A stretch of 64,000 nt of DNA, taken from positions 25,667 through 89,666 of the forward strand of contig PFBD01000020.1 of the NCBI GenBank assembly GCA_002773415.1, in the 5' to 3' direction. Positions 18,304 through 26,951 of the stretch are shown piece after piece (the first letter of the stretch is position 1; each line of letters opens with the position of its first letter). Source of the stretch: Candidatus Harrisonbacteria bacterium CG10_big_fil_rev_8_21_14_0_10_49_15. Lineage in GTDB: Bacteria; Patescibacteriota; Minisyncoccia; UBA6257; 1-14-0-10-44-23. Both the position numbers and the translations under genes were made by a program. The notes below the pieces were generated by a model that searched no databases, was not told where the DNA came from, and saw nothing but the letters and a program-made list of their open reading frames with translations.

Positions 18304-18481
18304 GAATTTCTCCTTCTCTTGTGATTTCGAGCTCCCTGATCTTTTCCGTCGTGCGAATGGTATCGGTCACGAGCCCTTCCTTCCTTCAAGACACAGACCT
18401 CCCTGTTGGGTCCTACTCTATTGGTAACATGGTATCGCTTTTTGGGTCAAGGATTTTTTTGGCAGTGATATACTGAGGGGG

Positions 18482-19663
18482 ATGCGGATAGTTTTGCACG
18501 TGGATATGGACGCTTTTTTTGCGGCGGTGGAGGAGCGGGATAAGCTGCGTCTTCGTGGTCGGCCAATTGTAGTTGGCTCTGATCCAAAGGCCGGCAAAGG
18601 CAGAGGTGTGGTGTCTACAGCAAACTATGCGGCGCGCAAGTATGGAATTCATTCGGCGTTGCCGATTACGAAAGCTTGGCAGTTATCACAGCAAGCCAAA
18701 AAAGCCGGGAAACCGGAGGTGGTTTTTATGGGCGTGGATATGGCCAAATACGCGAGAGTATCTGCGAATATCATGCAATATTTAGAGTCGCTAGTAACAA
18801 GTGGCGAGTGGCAAGGTGGAGCATTTGAGCAGGCTAGCGTGGATGAGGCCTACTTAGAATTTCCAATTTCCAATTTCCAATTATCAAACAATGATGAAAT
18901 GTGGCAATGGGCTGCAGAAAAGGCGGGGGAGATTAAGGCGCATATTAAACATGAGTTTGGGTTGACGGCGTCTATTGGCGTGGGGCCGAATAAGCTGATT
19001 GCAAAGATTGCTAGCGATCGCCAAAAACCGGACGGGTTGACGGTCGTGCCGGAAGAAGCTGTGCAGGATTTTCTAGATCCTCTACCGGTGCGAGTTATCC
19101 CGGGGATTGGACCAAAGGCTGAGGCGCAGTTGATGAGTTTGGGAGTTAAGAGAGTTGGGGAGTTACGAGGAATGCCAAAGGAAAAATTGCTGGCTGAATT
19201 TGGGAAGCATGGTGAGGGGATGTATCGCCAGGCGCGCGGTATCAGCGATAGCGTGGTCGCCCCGGGCGGGCCGGCTAAGTCTATTGGTCTGCACCGAACG
19301 TTTGGAAAAGATACCCTGGACAGTGTGGTGCTTATGAGCGAGCTCAAGGATATGGCGGCGGAGATTGGGGCCGATGTGGCGCGCGACGGCCGGCTGTACC
19401 GAACAGTTGTGCTGACAGTACGATTTTCAAATTTTAAGACGCAGACGCGGTCGCATACTTTAGAGGCGCCGGATAAGGATGTGAAAACCTTGGAGACTGA
19501 AGGGCTAAAGCTATTGATGCCGTTTTTGGATAGTCGAGAGAATCCGGGGAGGCAGAAGATACGGTTGATTGGATTGAGGGTGGAGAAATTTGTCGCGCAC
19601 GGCAATGAAGAAAAAGGAAGCATGAAAAAGGAAAAAGGAAATGCTCAGCAAGGGCTTTTTTGA
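18482..19663 (+). CDS. dinB: DNA polymerase IV (DinB, Y-family) with an in-frame insertion of an intergenic-type repeat (ISNFQLSNNDEMWQW)
   Basis: MRIVLHVDMDAFFAAVEERD.., SVDEAYLE. The insert DNA ttccaatttccaattatcaaacaatgatgaaatgtggcaatgg matches the intergenic repeats at 23772 and 46985. Confidence 0.85.
   Translation: MRIVLHVDMDAFFAAVEERDKLRLRGRPIVVGSDPKAGKGRGVVSTANYAARKYGIHSALPITKAWQLSQQAKKAGKPEVVFMGVDMAKYARVSANIMQYLESLVTSGEWQGGAFEQASVDEAYLEFPISNFQLSNNDEMWQWAAEKAGEIKAHIKHEFGLTASIGVGPNKLIAKIASDRQKPDGLTVVPEEAVQDFLDPLPVRVIPGIGPKAEAQLMSLGVKRVGELRGMPKEKLLAEFGKHGEGMYRQARGISDSVVAPGGPAKSIGLHRTFGKDTLDSVVLMSELKDMAAEIGADVARDGRLYRTVVLTVRFSNFKTQTRSHTLEAPDKDVKTLETEGLKLLMPFLDSRENPGRQKIRLIGLRVEKFVAHGNEEKGSMKKEKGNAQQGLF
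18848..18900. repeat. In-frame copy of the ttYcaatt/caaacaatgaa intergenic repeat (family C) inside dinB
   Basis: Compare 2183-2205, 23772-23860, 46985-47115 and 62836-62912. Confidence 0.6.
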
Positions 19664-19673
19664 AATGCGAAAC

Positions 19674-19707
19674 CCCCTACCGGAAGACGGGTCTTCTGGT
19701 AGGGGGT
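19674..19707. terminator. Bidirectional terminator hairpin (ccccctaccggaagac..gtcttctggtaggggg)
   Basis: 14-bp stem with one mismatch, immediately after dinB. Confidence 0.6.
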
Positions 19708-19732
19708 GCGATTGGTTGCGCTTGGCCGACAG

Positions 19733-20497
19733 TTAGTCGGCGCGCAGGATCTGCAGTTGCTCGCTCAGCGTCATCAGGAGGAAGAAGCTGGCGCTGACCT
19801 GTTCCAGGAACAGCTGGCCGAGCCCGTGGCCACGCAGTTCGGGCTGGGGATCTTCTGCGAGCCATGCTCCTCCCGGGGTGAGGACGTGTGTCTGCACGGC
19901 CTTGATTCGCTCGGGTGGAGCGACGAACTCTACCCGGTGGAAGTTGTTGCCATAGTGGTCGCGGTGGTTTTCCGCGGGTGGGCGGAGCCAGGCGGTGACA
20001 GCATTGCTCAGTTCGCCGCGGAAGGTCTTCTCGTCGTCGCGGATGTAGAAGTGGGCGGAGCGGCACTTCGCGTTCCTGGCCAGGAGCCAGAGCGTGTGGC
20101 CGGCCCTTAACTCTGCGGGCGGCGTCAGTGTCCTGGCTTGGGGGCCATGTTCAGATTTTGCCTGCTTGAACTGGGCGAGATAGTCCAGTAGCGCCAGCAT
20201 GGTGCCGCCGGCGAACTCGTTACTGAACTCGTCCGCGGCCTTGGTCTCGATATTGGCATCGAGGTGAGTGACGCTGTGACCGTCGGTCTCCAGTAGCGCG
20301 CGGATGACGCGACGGATTGGGCGCCAGCCGGGGCTTCGCGCGCAAAGCCGTATGATCTCTTCGCGAGCATCCTGGTTGTTGCCGTGGTCGGCGATGATCA
20401 GGACGGACCGCCGAGTGAGCCAGTCGTCAGACCAGCCTTTGCTGAGGTGATCTCCGAATTGTTCAACGGTGCGCCGCTTTTCCGAGTCTTGCATGTT
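19733..20497 (-). CDS. Hypothetical protein in a GC-rich islet. Contains an ..LIIADHGNN.. motif reminiscent of alkaline-phosphatase-superfamily metal sites (not assigned)
   Basis: Strong SD aaggaggactcaacATG at 20497. The track ORF starts further upstream at 20602, inside the palindrome. GC ~64%. Confidence 0.5.
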   Translation of the reverse strand, partial: NMQDSEKRRTVEQFGDHLSKGWSDDWLTRRSVLIIADHGNNQDAREEIIRLCARSPGWRPIRRVIRALLETDGHSVTHLDANIETKAADEFSNEFAGGTMLALLDYLAQFKQAKSEHGPQARTLTPPAELRAGHTLWLLARNAKCRSAHFYIRDDEKTFRGELSNAVTAWLRPPAENHRDHYGNNFHRVEFVAPPERIKAVQTHVLTPGGAWLAEDPQPELRGHGLGQLFLEQVSASFFLLMTLSEQLQILRAD

Positions 20498-20601
20498 GAG
20501 TCCTCCTTTCAAAGGACAGCGCCCCTTGCAGGGCTTGTTGTGCGGGGCAATGAGCCCCGGGCTGTCTGTAGCATGCCATGGGCTTTTGGCGTGTGTCAAC
20601 A

Positions 20602-20633
20602 CTATTTCGCAATTTCGCGAAATTGCGAAATAG
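20602..20633. promoter_or_regulatory. Variant 32-bp perfect palindrome ctatttcgcaatt-tcgcga-aattgcgaaatag next to a TTGACA (-35) for the minus-strand GC-rich gene
   Basis: Same outer half-site ctatttc.caatt as the ArsR-flanking palindromes at 15878 and 16222. Confidence 0.55.
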
Positions 20634-20713
20634 GGATTTCGATATTGAGTGCTGGGTGTGGTAGGATAACTATGCTTCTTAACTCATAATTCTTAGTTCA
20701 TATCTTTTTTTTC

Positions 20714-21568
20714 ATGTCCAAATACTACAACCCACCGAAGAAAACTACGTATCAACCAGGCAGTGCAACTCCTTATCGGTTGAGTCGGTCTAAGATAGAC
20801 ATGTTTATGAACTGTGCACGCTGTTTTTATATGGATCAGCGTTTGGGGGTGGCGCAGCCGCCGGGGTACCCTTTTAGTTTGAATAGTGCCGTAGACGGTT
20901 TGTTGAAAAAAGAGTTTGATGTGCACCGCGCTAATGGAACGGCGCATCCGATGATGTCCGCTCATGGATTGGATGCCGTCCCCTTTCCGCATGAGAAGAT
21001 GAATAGGTGGCGCGAGGCGGACTTTGGTCGCGGCGGCATTCGAGCGATGCACGCGCCGACGAACTTTGATGTTGGTGGCGCGGTGGATGATGTTTGGGTT
21101 AATCCGGCTGGCGAGTTAATAATTGTGGATTACAAGGCGACGGCTAAACTGGGTGAGGTGAGTTTGGACGCGGATTGGCAGATAGGATACAAGCGGCAGA
21201 TGGAGGTGTATCAGTGGTTGTTTGAGCAGAACGACTTTTCGGTCTCAAAGACGGGTTACTTTGTATATGTGAATGGGAAGATGGACGCGGCGGCTTTTGA
21301 TGGGAAGCTGGAGTTTGACGTGAAGCTTATTCCGTATGAGGGTGATGGCAGCTGGATTGAGCCGACACTGATGCAGATCAAGCAGACGTTAGAGGCAGAG
21401 GAGATCCCGCCGGCGAATAAGGAGTGTGATTATTGTTTGTATAGAAACTGGGCGATTAAGGTGGTGCAACCCCTACTTCGCCAAGGCTCCGCAGGGCAAG
21501 CTTCAAAAAAAGAGGTTTCTTTGCCGAAAAAGCCGCTGGTAGAGCCGGAACAGGGGAGCTTACTTTAG
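20714..21568 (+). CDS. PD-(D/E)XK nuclease-family protein (Cas4/RecB-like, standalone) with N- and C-terminal Cys pairs
   Basis: Core GELIIVDYKAT..QMEVYQWL. Cysteines NCARC near the N-terminus and ECDYCLYRNW near the C-terminus. Confidence 0.65.
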   Translation: MSKYYNPPKKTTYQPGSATPYRLSRSKIDMFMNCARCFYMDQRLGVAQPPGYPFSLNSAVDGLLKKEFDVHRANGTAHPMMSAHGLDAVPFPHEKMNRWREADFGRGGIRAMHAPTNFDVGGAVDDVWVNPAGELIIVDYKATAKLGEVSLDADWQIGYKRQMEVYQWLFEQNDFSVSKTGYFVYVNGKMDAAAFDGKLEFDVKLIPYEGDGSWIEPTLMQIKQTLEAEEIPPANKECDYCLYRNWAIKVVQPLLRQGSAGQASKKEVSLPKKPLVEPEQGSLL

Positions 21569-21746
21569 AAAATTGGAAAATTAGGCGATTGGGCATCTGG
21601 AAAATTGTGTTTTTGACATCTGGATTGCCCGTGGTATCGTTGTATTACTGTTCGTAGGTATCCTTTGAGGAACGCGTTTTACGCGCCATCATAAGGAGGG
21701 TCTTTCTTCGTAACAGGATTACAAGTAGATTTTACAAATCCTTCTT

Positions 21747-22037
21747 ATGGATGGAGAGAACAAGAAGCGCCTGTTTGTAGGCAATCTTCCGTTTACTTCT
21801 ACTGAGGATGATCTGCGCAGTCATTTTGCCGTCGCTGGCACTGTGAAAGACGCGCACATTGTCTTGGACAAGTTCCGAGGCAACCGCCCGAAGGGCATCG
21901 CCTTTGTAGAGTTTGAGACAGAAGAGGAAGCCCAAAGGGCCATCGAGATGCTGGATGGTAAGGAGCTTGGTGGTCGTCCGCTGAAAGTGGACGTGAGCCG
22001 CCCGGCTGCAAGCCGCCCGGTTGGTGACCGCTTCTAA
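21747..22037 (+). CDS. RRM-type RNA-binding protein
   Basis: RNP motifs LFVGNLPF and KGIAFVEF. Terminator at 22049-22080. Confidence 0.8.
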   Translation: MDGENKKRLFVGNLPFTSTEDDLRSHFAVAGTVKDAHIVLDKFRGNRPKGIAFVEFETEEEAQRAIEMLDGKELGGRPLKVDVSRPAASRPVGDRF

Positions 22038-22048
22038 GAACAAAAAAC

Positions 22049-22080
22049 AAAAGACCCTTGTAACGGGGTCTTTTGTTTTT
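22049..22080. terminator. Rho-independent terminator (aaaagaccc..ggggtctttt)
   Basis: Stem plus T-run. Confidence 0.7.
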
Positions 22081-22097
22081 TGTGATATTATATTCAT

Positions 22098-23771
22098 ATG
22101 TTGAAAGAAGATCTGCAAAAGATTATCAAGGGCGAGGTGAAAGATGATCCGGAGACGCTGAAAAAATATAGTCGGGACGCCAGTATTTTTGATATCAAAC
22201 CAAAGGCGGTTGTTTTCCCGCGGGATAGCGCGGATATTGGAGAACTTGTGCGTTATGTGAGTGAGCATAAGGAAGCGGAGAGGGACTTAAGTTTGACGGT
22301 GCGGAGCGGCGGTACGGATATGAGCGGCGGTCCGCTTTCGGAATCTCTTGTGCTTGATGTGACGGCGCATTTAAACAAGATCCACGAGGTAACGAATGAG
22401 TACGCGATTATGGAGCCGGGGGTGTATTATCGCGATCTGGATAAAGAGACGCGGCAGAGAGATGTTTTTATGCCGGCGTATCCGGCGAGCCGAGATATCG
22501 CGACTGTGGGTGGGATGACTGCGAATAACTCCGGTGGGGAAAAGACGCCGGCTTATGGAAAAGTTGAAAAGTTTGTGGAGGAGCTTTCCGTCGTTCTTTC
22601 AGATGGGAATGAGTATGTTATAAAGCCGCTTACAAAGGCGGAGCTGGACGCGAAGATGAAGCTGGAGAGTTTTGAAGGGAAGTTGTATCGGGATTTGTAT
22701 AAGTTGTTGACGGAAAATGCTGATCTGATAAAAAAAGCAAAGCCGAATGTATCAAAGAATTCCGCCGGGTATTATCTGTGGAATGTCGTAGGCGCCAATT
22801 TTGGCGCCGGAGATCCCGCCAAAGGCGGGATTGATGACAAATTCGATCTTACACAGTTAATAGTTGGATCACAGGGAACTCTGGGAATAATTACAAAGGT
22901 AAAGTTTCGTTTGGTCCGAGTGAAGCCGGTCTCTAAAATGGCGGTGATGTTTTTGCATAAGTTGGATCACTTGGGCGAGGCAATTTTGGATGTTTCTAAG
23001 CTTGAGCCGGAGAGCTTGGAGTCTTATGACGACAAGACATTGCGACTGGCAATTCGTTTTTTCATGGATATTGTCCGGATTTTGAAGCCGAAGAATGTGC
23101 TTGTGTTGGCTTGGAAGGTCTTGCCGGAGATACTGCATATTATTTTCGGGGGGATGCCGAAGCTGGTGGTGATGGCAGAGTTTACCGGCGAGAATGAGGC
23201 GGAGGTGGATGCTAAGTTGGCACAAGTTGTTGAGCACATGAAGAAGTTTAAGGTGCGGGTGCATATTACGACCAGCCAGGAAGAGGCAAATGAGTATTGG
23301 ACTATTCGGCGGGAAAGTTTTGGTTTGTTGCGAGCGAAGGTTACAAGTAAGCTGGCGGCGCCGTTTATTGACGACTTTTGCGTGCGCCCGGAGGTCCTGC
23401 CCGAGTTTTTGCCGAAATTAACCGTGATCTTGGAAAGAGCGAAGATCCGGTACGCGATTCAGGGGCATCCGGGAGACGGCAATTTTCATATCTTCCCGCT
23501 TTTGGACGTGAAAGATCCGGCGCAGAGGGCGTTGATACCAAAGTTATCTGATGAAGTATATTCGCTGGTTTTGGAATATAAGGGTTCTATTACAGCCGAG
23601 CATAATGATGGGCTTATCCGCACGCCTTACTTGGAAAAGATGTATGGTCCGGATGTGATTCGTTTGTTTGAGAAAACAAAGCTTATCTTTGATCCAAAGA
23701 ATATCTTTAATCCGGGCAAAAAGGTTTGGGGGAATTTGGCGTACGCGATGGCGCATATCAAAAGGGGTTAA
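22098..23771 (+). CDS. FAD-binding oxidoreductase (FAD_binding_4; GlcD/D-lactate dehydrogenase-like)
   Basis: RSGGTDMSGGPL.., the C-terminal FAD-oxidase domain, 557 aa. Confidence 0.75.
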   Translation: MLKEDLQKIIKGEVKDDPETLKKYSRDASIFDIKPKAVVFPRDSADIGELVRYVSEHKEAERDLSLTVRSGGTDMSGGPLSESLVLDVTAHLNKIHEVTNEYAIMEPGVYYRDLDKETRQRDVFMPAYPASRDIATVGGMTANNSGGEKTPAYGKVEKFVEELSVVLSDGNEYVIKPLTKAELDAKMKLESFEGKLYRDLYKLLTENADLIKKAKPNVSKNSAGYYLWNVVGANFGAGDPAKGGIDDKFDLTQLIVGSQGTLGIITKVKFRLVRVKPVSKMAVMFLHKLDHLGEAILDVSKLEPESLESYDDKTLRLAIRFFMDIVRILKPKNVLVLAWKVLPEILHIIFGGMPKLVVMAEFTGENEAEVDAKLAQVVEHMKKFKVRVHITTSQEEANEYWTIRRESFGLLRAKVTSKLAAPFIDDFCVRPEVLPEFLPKLTVILERAKIRYAIQGHPGDGNFHIFPLLDVKDPAQRALIPKLSDEVYSLVLEYKGSITAEHNDGLIRTPYLEKMYGPDVIRLFEKTKLIFDPKNIFNPGKKVWGNLAYAMAHIKRG

Positions 23772-23860
23772 TTTTCAATTTACGAATTTTCAATTTTCAA
23801 ACAATGTACTAATGAAGCAATGTTTTAAACATTAAGAAATTGAGAATTGGAAATTATTCA
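23772..23860. repeat. Intergenic repeat family C (ttttcaatttacgaattttcaattttcaaacaatg..aatgttttaaacatt..gaaattggaaatt)
   Basis: Near-identical copy at 46985-47115; partial copies at 2183-2205, 18848-18900 and 62836-62912. Confidence 0.7.
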
Positions 23861-24896
23861 TTGGTATACTAAAGAAATGGAGATGTTGTATGAAGTAATT
23901 CCGCTGTTTGCCGCTTTTGGTGGGTTTTTAATAGCGGCGTATATTTATCACACCAAGCATAACAAGCGGGAGACATTGGTCTGCCCGATTGGGCACTCTT
24001 GCGACCCGGTGGTGCATAGCAAATACTCCCGGTTTCTTGGCATTCCGGTGGAGCTTATTGGAATGCTGTACTACGCACTGGTTGCTATCGCTTATGGATT
24101 ACTACTTGCGTATCCGATGGATGTAACTATGCTGGGGAGGTTTTTCTTGGTCGCGGTTACGACCGGGGCTATGTTTTTTTCAATTTATTTAACTTTTATC
24201 CAGGCGTTTAACTTGCGGGAGTTTTGCAGTTGGTGTTTGGCTTCGGCCGGGCTGTGTACGATTATTTTCCTGAGTACCATCTTTTCTTTAGAGAGCGGAC
24301 TCATCTTATTTTTAGCGGAGAGTCACTCTTTGCTGATTATTTTGCATACGATTGGGTTTGCGGTTGGAGTGGGCGCGGCTACGGCCACGGATATATTTTT
24401 CTTTAAGTTTTTGAAAGATTTTCGGATTTCAGAGCAAGAAGCCGGGACGCTACACACCTTAAGTCAGATTATCTGGGCGGCACTGGGGTTGGTTGCTTTG
24501 TCTGGTTTGGGTTTGTTTTGGCCAGAGGCGAGCACACTTTTGGCAACAGATAAGTTTTTAGTGAAGGTGTTAGTGGTAGGGGTGATAATTGTTAATGGAG
24601 CTTTATTAAATCTGCTGGTTGCGCCGCGGTTGGTGAATATCTCGTTTGGCGTAAAGCATGAGCATATGCGAGGTGAGTTGCATCGCATCCGGAAGTTGGC
24701 GTTTGCTTTGGGAGCTATCTCAATGGTTTCTTGGTACACGGCGCTTATTCTTGGATCGCTGCACGACCTGCAATTTGGTTTTGCGCAGATTCTTGGAACG
24801 TATTTGGTGGTTTTAGCGGTGGCGATTGCGGGAAGCCAGGTGGTGGAAGCAGCAGTGGCGAAGCGCGGGATCATTTTGGAAAATCCTAAATCCTAA
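23847..24896 (+). CDS. Polytopic membrane protein with an N-terminal VKOR-like domain (CxxC) fused to an extra TM domain
   Basis: C..C then CSWC in TM loops. About 9 hydrophobic segments. Confidence 0.55.
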   Translation: MEIIHWYTKEMEMLYEVIPLFAAFGGFLIAAYIYHTKHNKRETLVCPIGHSCDPVVHSKYSRFLGIPVELIGMLYYALVAIAYGLLLAYPMDVTMLGRFFLVAVTTGAMFFSIYLTFIQAFNLREFCSWCLASAGLCTIIFLSTIFSLESGLILFLAESHSLLIILHTIGFAVGVGAATATDIFFFKFLKDFRISEQEAGTLHTLSQIIWAALGLVALSGLGLFWPEASTLLATDKFLVKVLVVGVIIVNGALLNLLVAPRLVNISFGVKHEHMRGELHRIRKLAFALGAISMVSWYTALILGSLHDLQFGFAQILGTYLVVLAVAIAGSQVVEAAVAKRGIILENPKS

Positions 24897-25005
24897 GCAC
24901 TAAATCCTAAATAATATCCAAGCAAGGAAATTCTAAGTTATTAAAATTAGAATTTGAGATTTTGAATTTATTTAGAGTTTAGAATTTAGTGATTGGAGTT
25001 TAATA

Positions 25006-25233
25006 TTGATTATGCGTATCATCGTGCAAGTCCGGGCAAATGCTAAGCAAGCGAAAGTAGATTGCCTGGGAAACGACACTTACAAGGTCTGGGTGGACGC
25101 GCCGGCTAAGGAGAATAAGGCGAACTTGCGGCTGATAGAGATTATGTCGCGGCACCTGGGCGTGCCGTTTGGTGCGATTCGGTTTGTCTCGGGGATGACG
25201 AGTAAAATGAAGGTGCTGGAGGTTAGGGAGTAG
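25006..25233 (+). CDS. DUF167 (YggU-like) protein
   Basis: Small protein with the YggU-like pattern ..VWVDAPAKENKANLRLIEI.. Confidence 0.65.
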   Translation: MIMRIIVQVRANAKQAKVDCLGNDTYKVWVDAPAKENKANLRLIEIMSRHLGVPFGAIRFVSGMTSKMKVLEVRE

Positions 25234-25268
25234 AATAATGTACACAGATAGTGTAGGGTAGACAAACT

Positions 25269-26303
25269 ATGCTTATTGATGAAGTTGAAATAATTGCGCG
25301 GGCTGGCGATGGTGGCGCCGGCTTGGTTGCGTTTTCCAAACAGATGAAGATGCATGCCCCGACCGGCGGCGATGGTGGTGCGGGCGGTGACTTGTATGTG
25401 GAGGGAGTCTCGGATTTGAACGTGCTGAACCAGTATCGTAATCAAAAGGAGTTTAGCGCGGAAAAGGGAAAGCCGGGCGGGCAGAATCGTCGGCATGGTG
25501 CGGATGGCGAAGACGTTGTTTTAAAGGTGCCGGTCGGTACGATTGTGTATAAACTGGAGACTATTTTAGATGCTCCGGAGGAGTTTACTCGGAAGCAGGC
25601 CGAGGGGCGATTTCCGTTTGAGGTGACAGAGGTTGATCAGCGGATTTTGGTGGCGCGCGGTGGCAAGGGCGGAAAGGGAAATGCTGAGTTTCGCAGTAGT
25701 CGGAAGACTAGCCCGGAGTATGCACAGAAAGGTTTAGCGGGCGAGGCGTTTAAGGTTCGCTTGGAGTTGCGACTGATTGCGGATATTGGGTTGATTGGTT
25801 TGCCGAATGTGGGTAAGTCTAGTTTGCTGAATGAGCTGACGCCAAAAGCGGCGGCTAAGGTGGCTAATTATGAGTTTACGACGCTAGAGCCGAACTTAGG
25901 CGCGTACTGGGTTACGGGCGCGGATTGGGAGCGCGATAAGCCGGTTATTTTAGCTGACATTCCCGGGTTGATTGAGGGTGCGGCCGAGGGCAAGGGCTTG
26001 GGGCATAAATTTTTGCGGCATATTGAGCGAACTAAAGTATTGTTCCATTGTGTGGCCGCGGATAGCGCGGATCCGGTCGCGGATTACAAGGCGATACGAG
26101 CAGAGCTGACAAAATATAATCCGGAGTTGATGAAGAAAGAGGAGTATCTGTTTGTGACGCGGACGGATACGGTGTCGCCGGAGAGCGTCGCCAAGACAGT
26201 GAAGGCGATGATGAAGCTCAACAAACGAATAACAGCGATTTCTATCTATGACGATGAGTCTCTTGATAGTGTCCGAAGTTTGCTCGATGAAATAACCGAA
26301 TAA
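25269..26303 (+). CDS. obg: GTPase Obg/CgtA
   Basis: Gly-rich Obg fold (GGDGGAG, GGDGGAGGD) and G-domain motifs GLPNVGKSS, DIPGLIEGA. Confidence 0.9.
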   Translation: MLIDEVEIIARAGDGGAGLVAFSKQMKMHAPTGGDGGAGGDLYVEGVSDLNVLNQYRNQKEFSAEKGKPGGQNRRHGADGEDVVLKVPVGTIVYKLETILDAPEEFTRKQAEGRFPFEVTEVDQRILVARGGKGGKGNAEFRSSRKTSPEYAQKGLAGEAFKVRLELRLIADIGLIGLPNVGKSSLLNELTPKAAAKVANYEFTTLEPNLGAYWVTGADWERDKPVILADIPGLIEGAAEGKGLGHKFLRHIERTKVLFHCVAADSADPVADYKAIRAELTKYNPELMKKEEYLFVTRTDTVSPESVAKTVKAMMKLNKRITAISIYDDESLDSVRSLLDEITE

Positions 26304-26380
26304 GGATTTAAGTAAAAAGTATGCGGTCGCACCCTTTTTACTTATTTTGAAAATCGTAAAAAATTTGTTAGTATTTTTCA

Positions 26381-26884
26381 ATGAATATCAATAAAATAAT
26401 TGGGTTTGTTATTGTAGCTCTGGTGGTTTTGCTTGGAGCGCAGTGGTATGTTAAAAATAATGACTTGCCGGAGATTAGCCTTGAGGCTGATGAGCAAGTC
26501 GTTGTTTCTGAGGAAAGTGAACAAGAAGGGGAAGATCAACCTAATATTTTAACTATGGATAACGGATTACAAATTGAAGATGTGAAAGTTGGTGAGGGTG
26601 CGGAGGTGAAGGTTGGTGATAATATCACCGTGCATTATGTTGGTGCGTTGACTGACGGCACTGTGTTTGACAGCTCGCGCGAGCGGGGTACGCCGGCGAC
26701 TTTTGGTCTTAACCCGGGTGGTTTGATTGAAGGGTGGATCCAGGGAATCCCGGGCATGAAGGTTGGTGGCGTGCGAAAACTGGTCATCCCGTCGGAGCTT
26801 GGGTATGGCGCGGCTGGGGCCGGCGCGAGTATTCCGCCAAACGCGACTTTGTTGTTTGAAGTGGAGCTTGTAGACATTAAATAG
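26381..26884 (+). CDS. FKBP-type peptidyl-prolyl cis-trans isomerase, membrane-anchored
   Basis: FKBP domain VHYVGALTDGTVFDSS..G.LIEGW..GMKVGG.RKLVIP..GYG. Confidence 0.85.
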   Translation: MNINKIIGFVIVALVVLLGAQWYVKNNDLPEISLEADEQVVVSEESEQEGEDQPNILTMDNGLQIEDVKVGEGAEVKVGDNITVHYVGALTDGTVFDSSRERGTPATFGLNPGGLIEGWIQGIPGMKVGGVRKLVIPSELGYGAAGAGASIPPNATLLFEVELVDIK

Positions 26885-26951
26885 GAAATCGGGTATAATA
26901 TCTGACATGCTGACAAAGGTGGCAGTAAGCCGCTTTTGTCTTTGTTTAATT

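Noticed and set aside
19706-20110. Plus-strand ORFs in the 19.7-20.6 kb GC-rich region
   Set aside because: No SD. The minus-strand ORF has a canonical aaggagg-N6-ATG and the longest frame.
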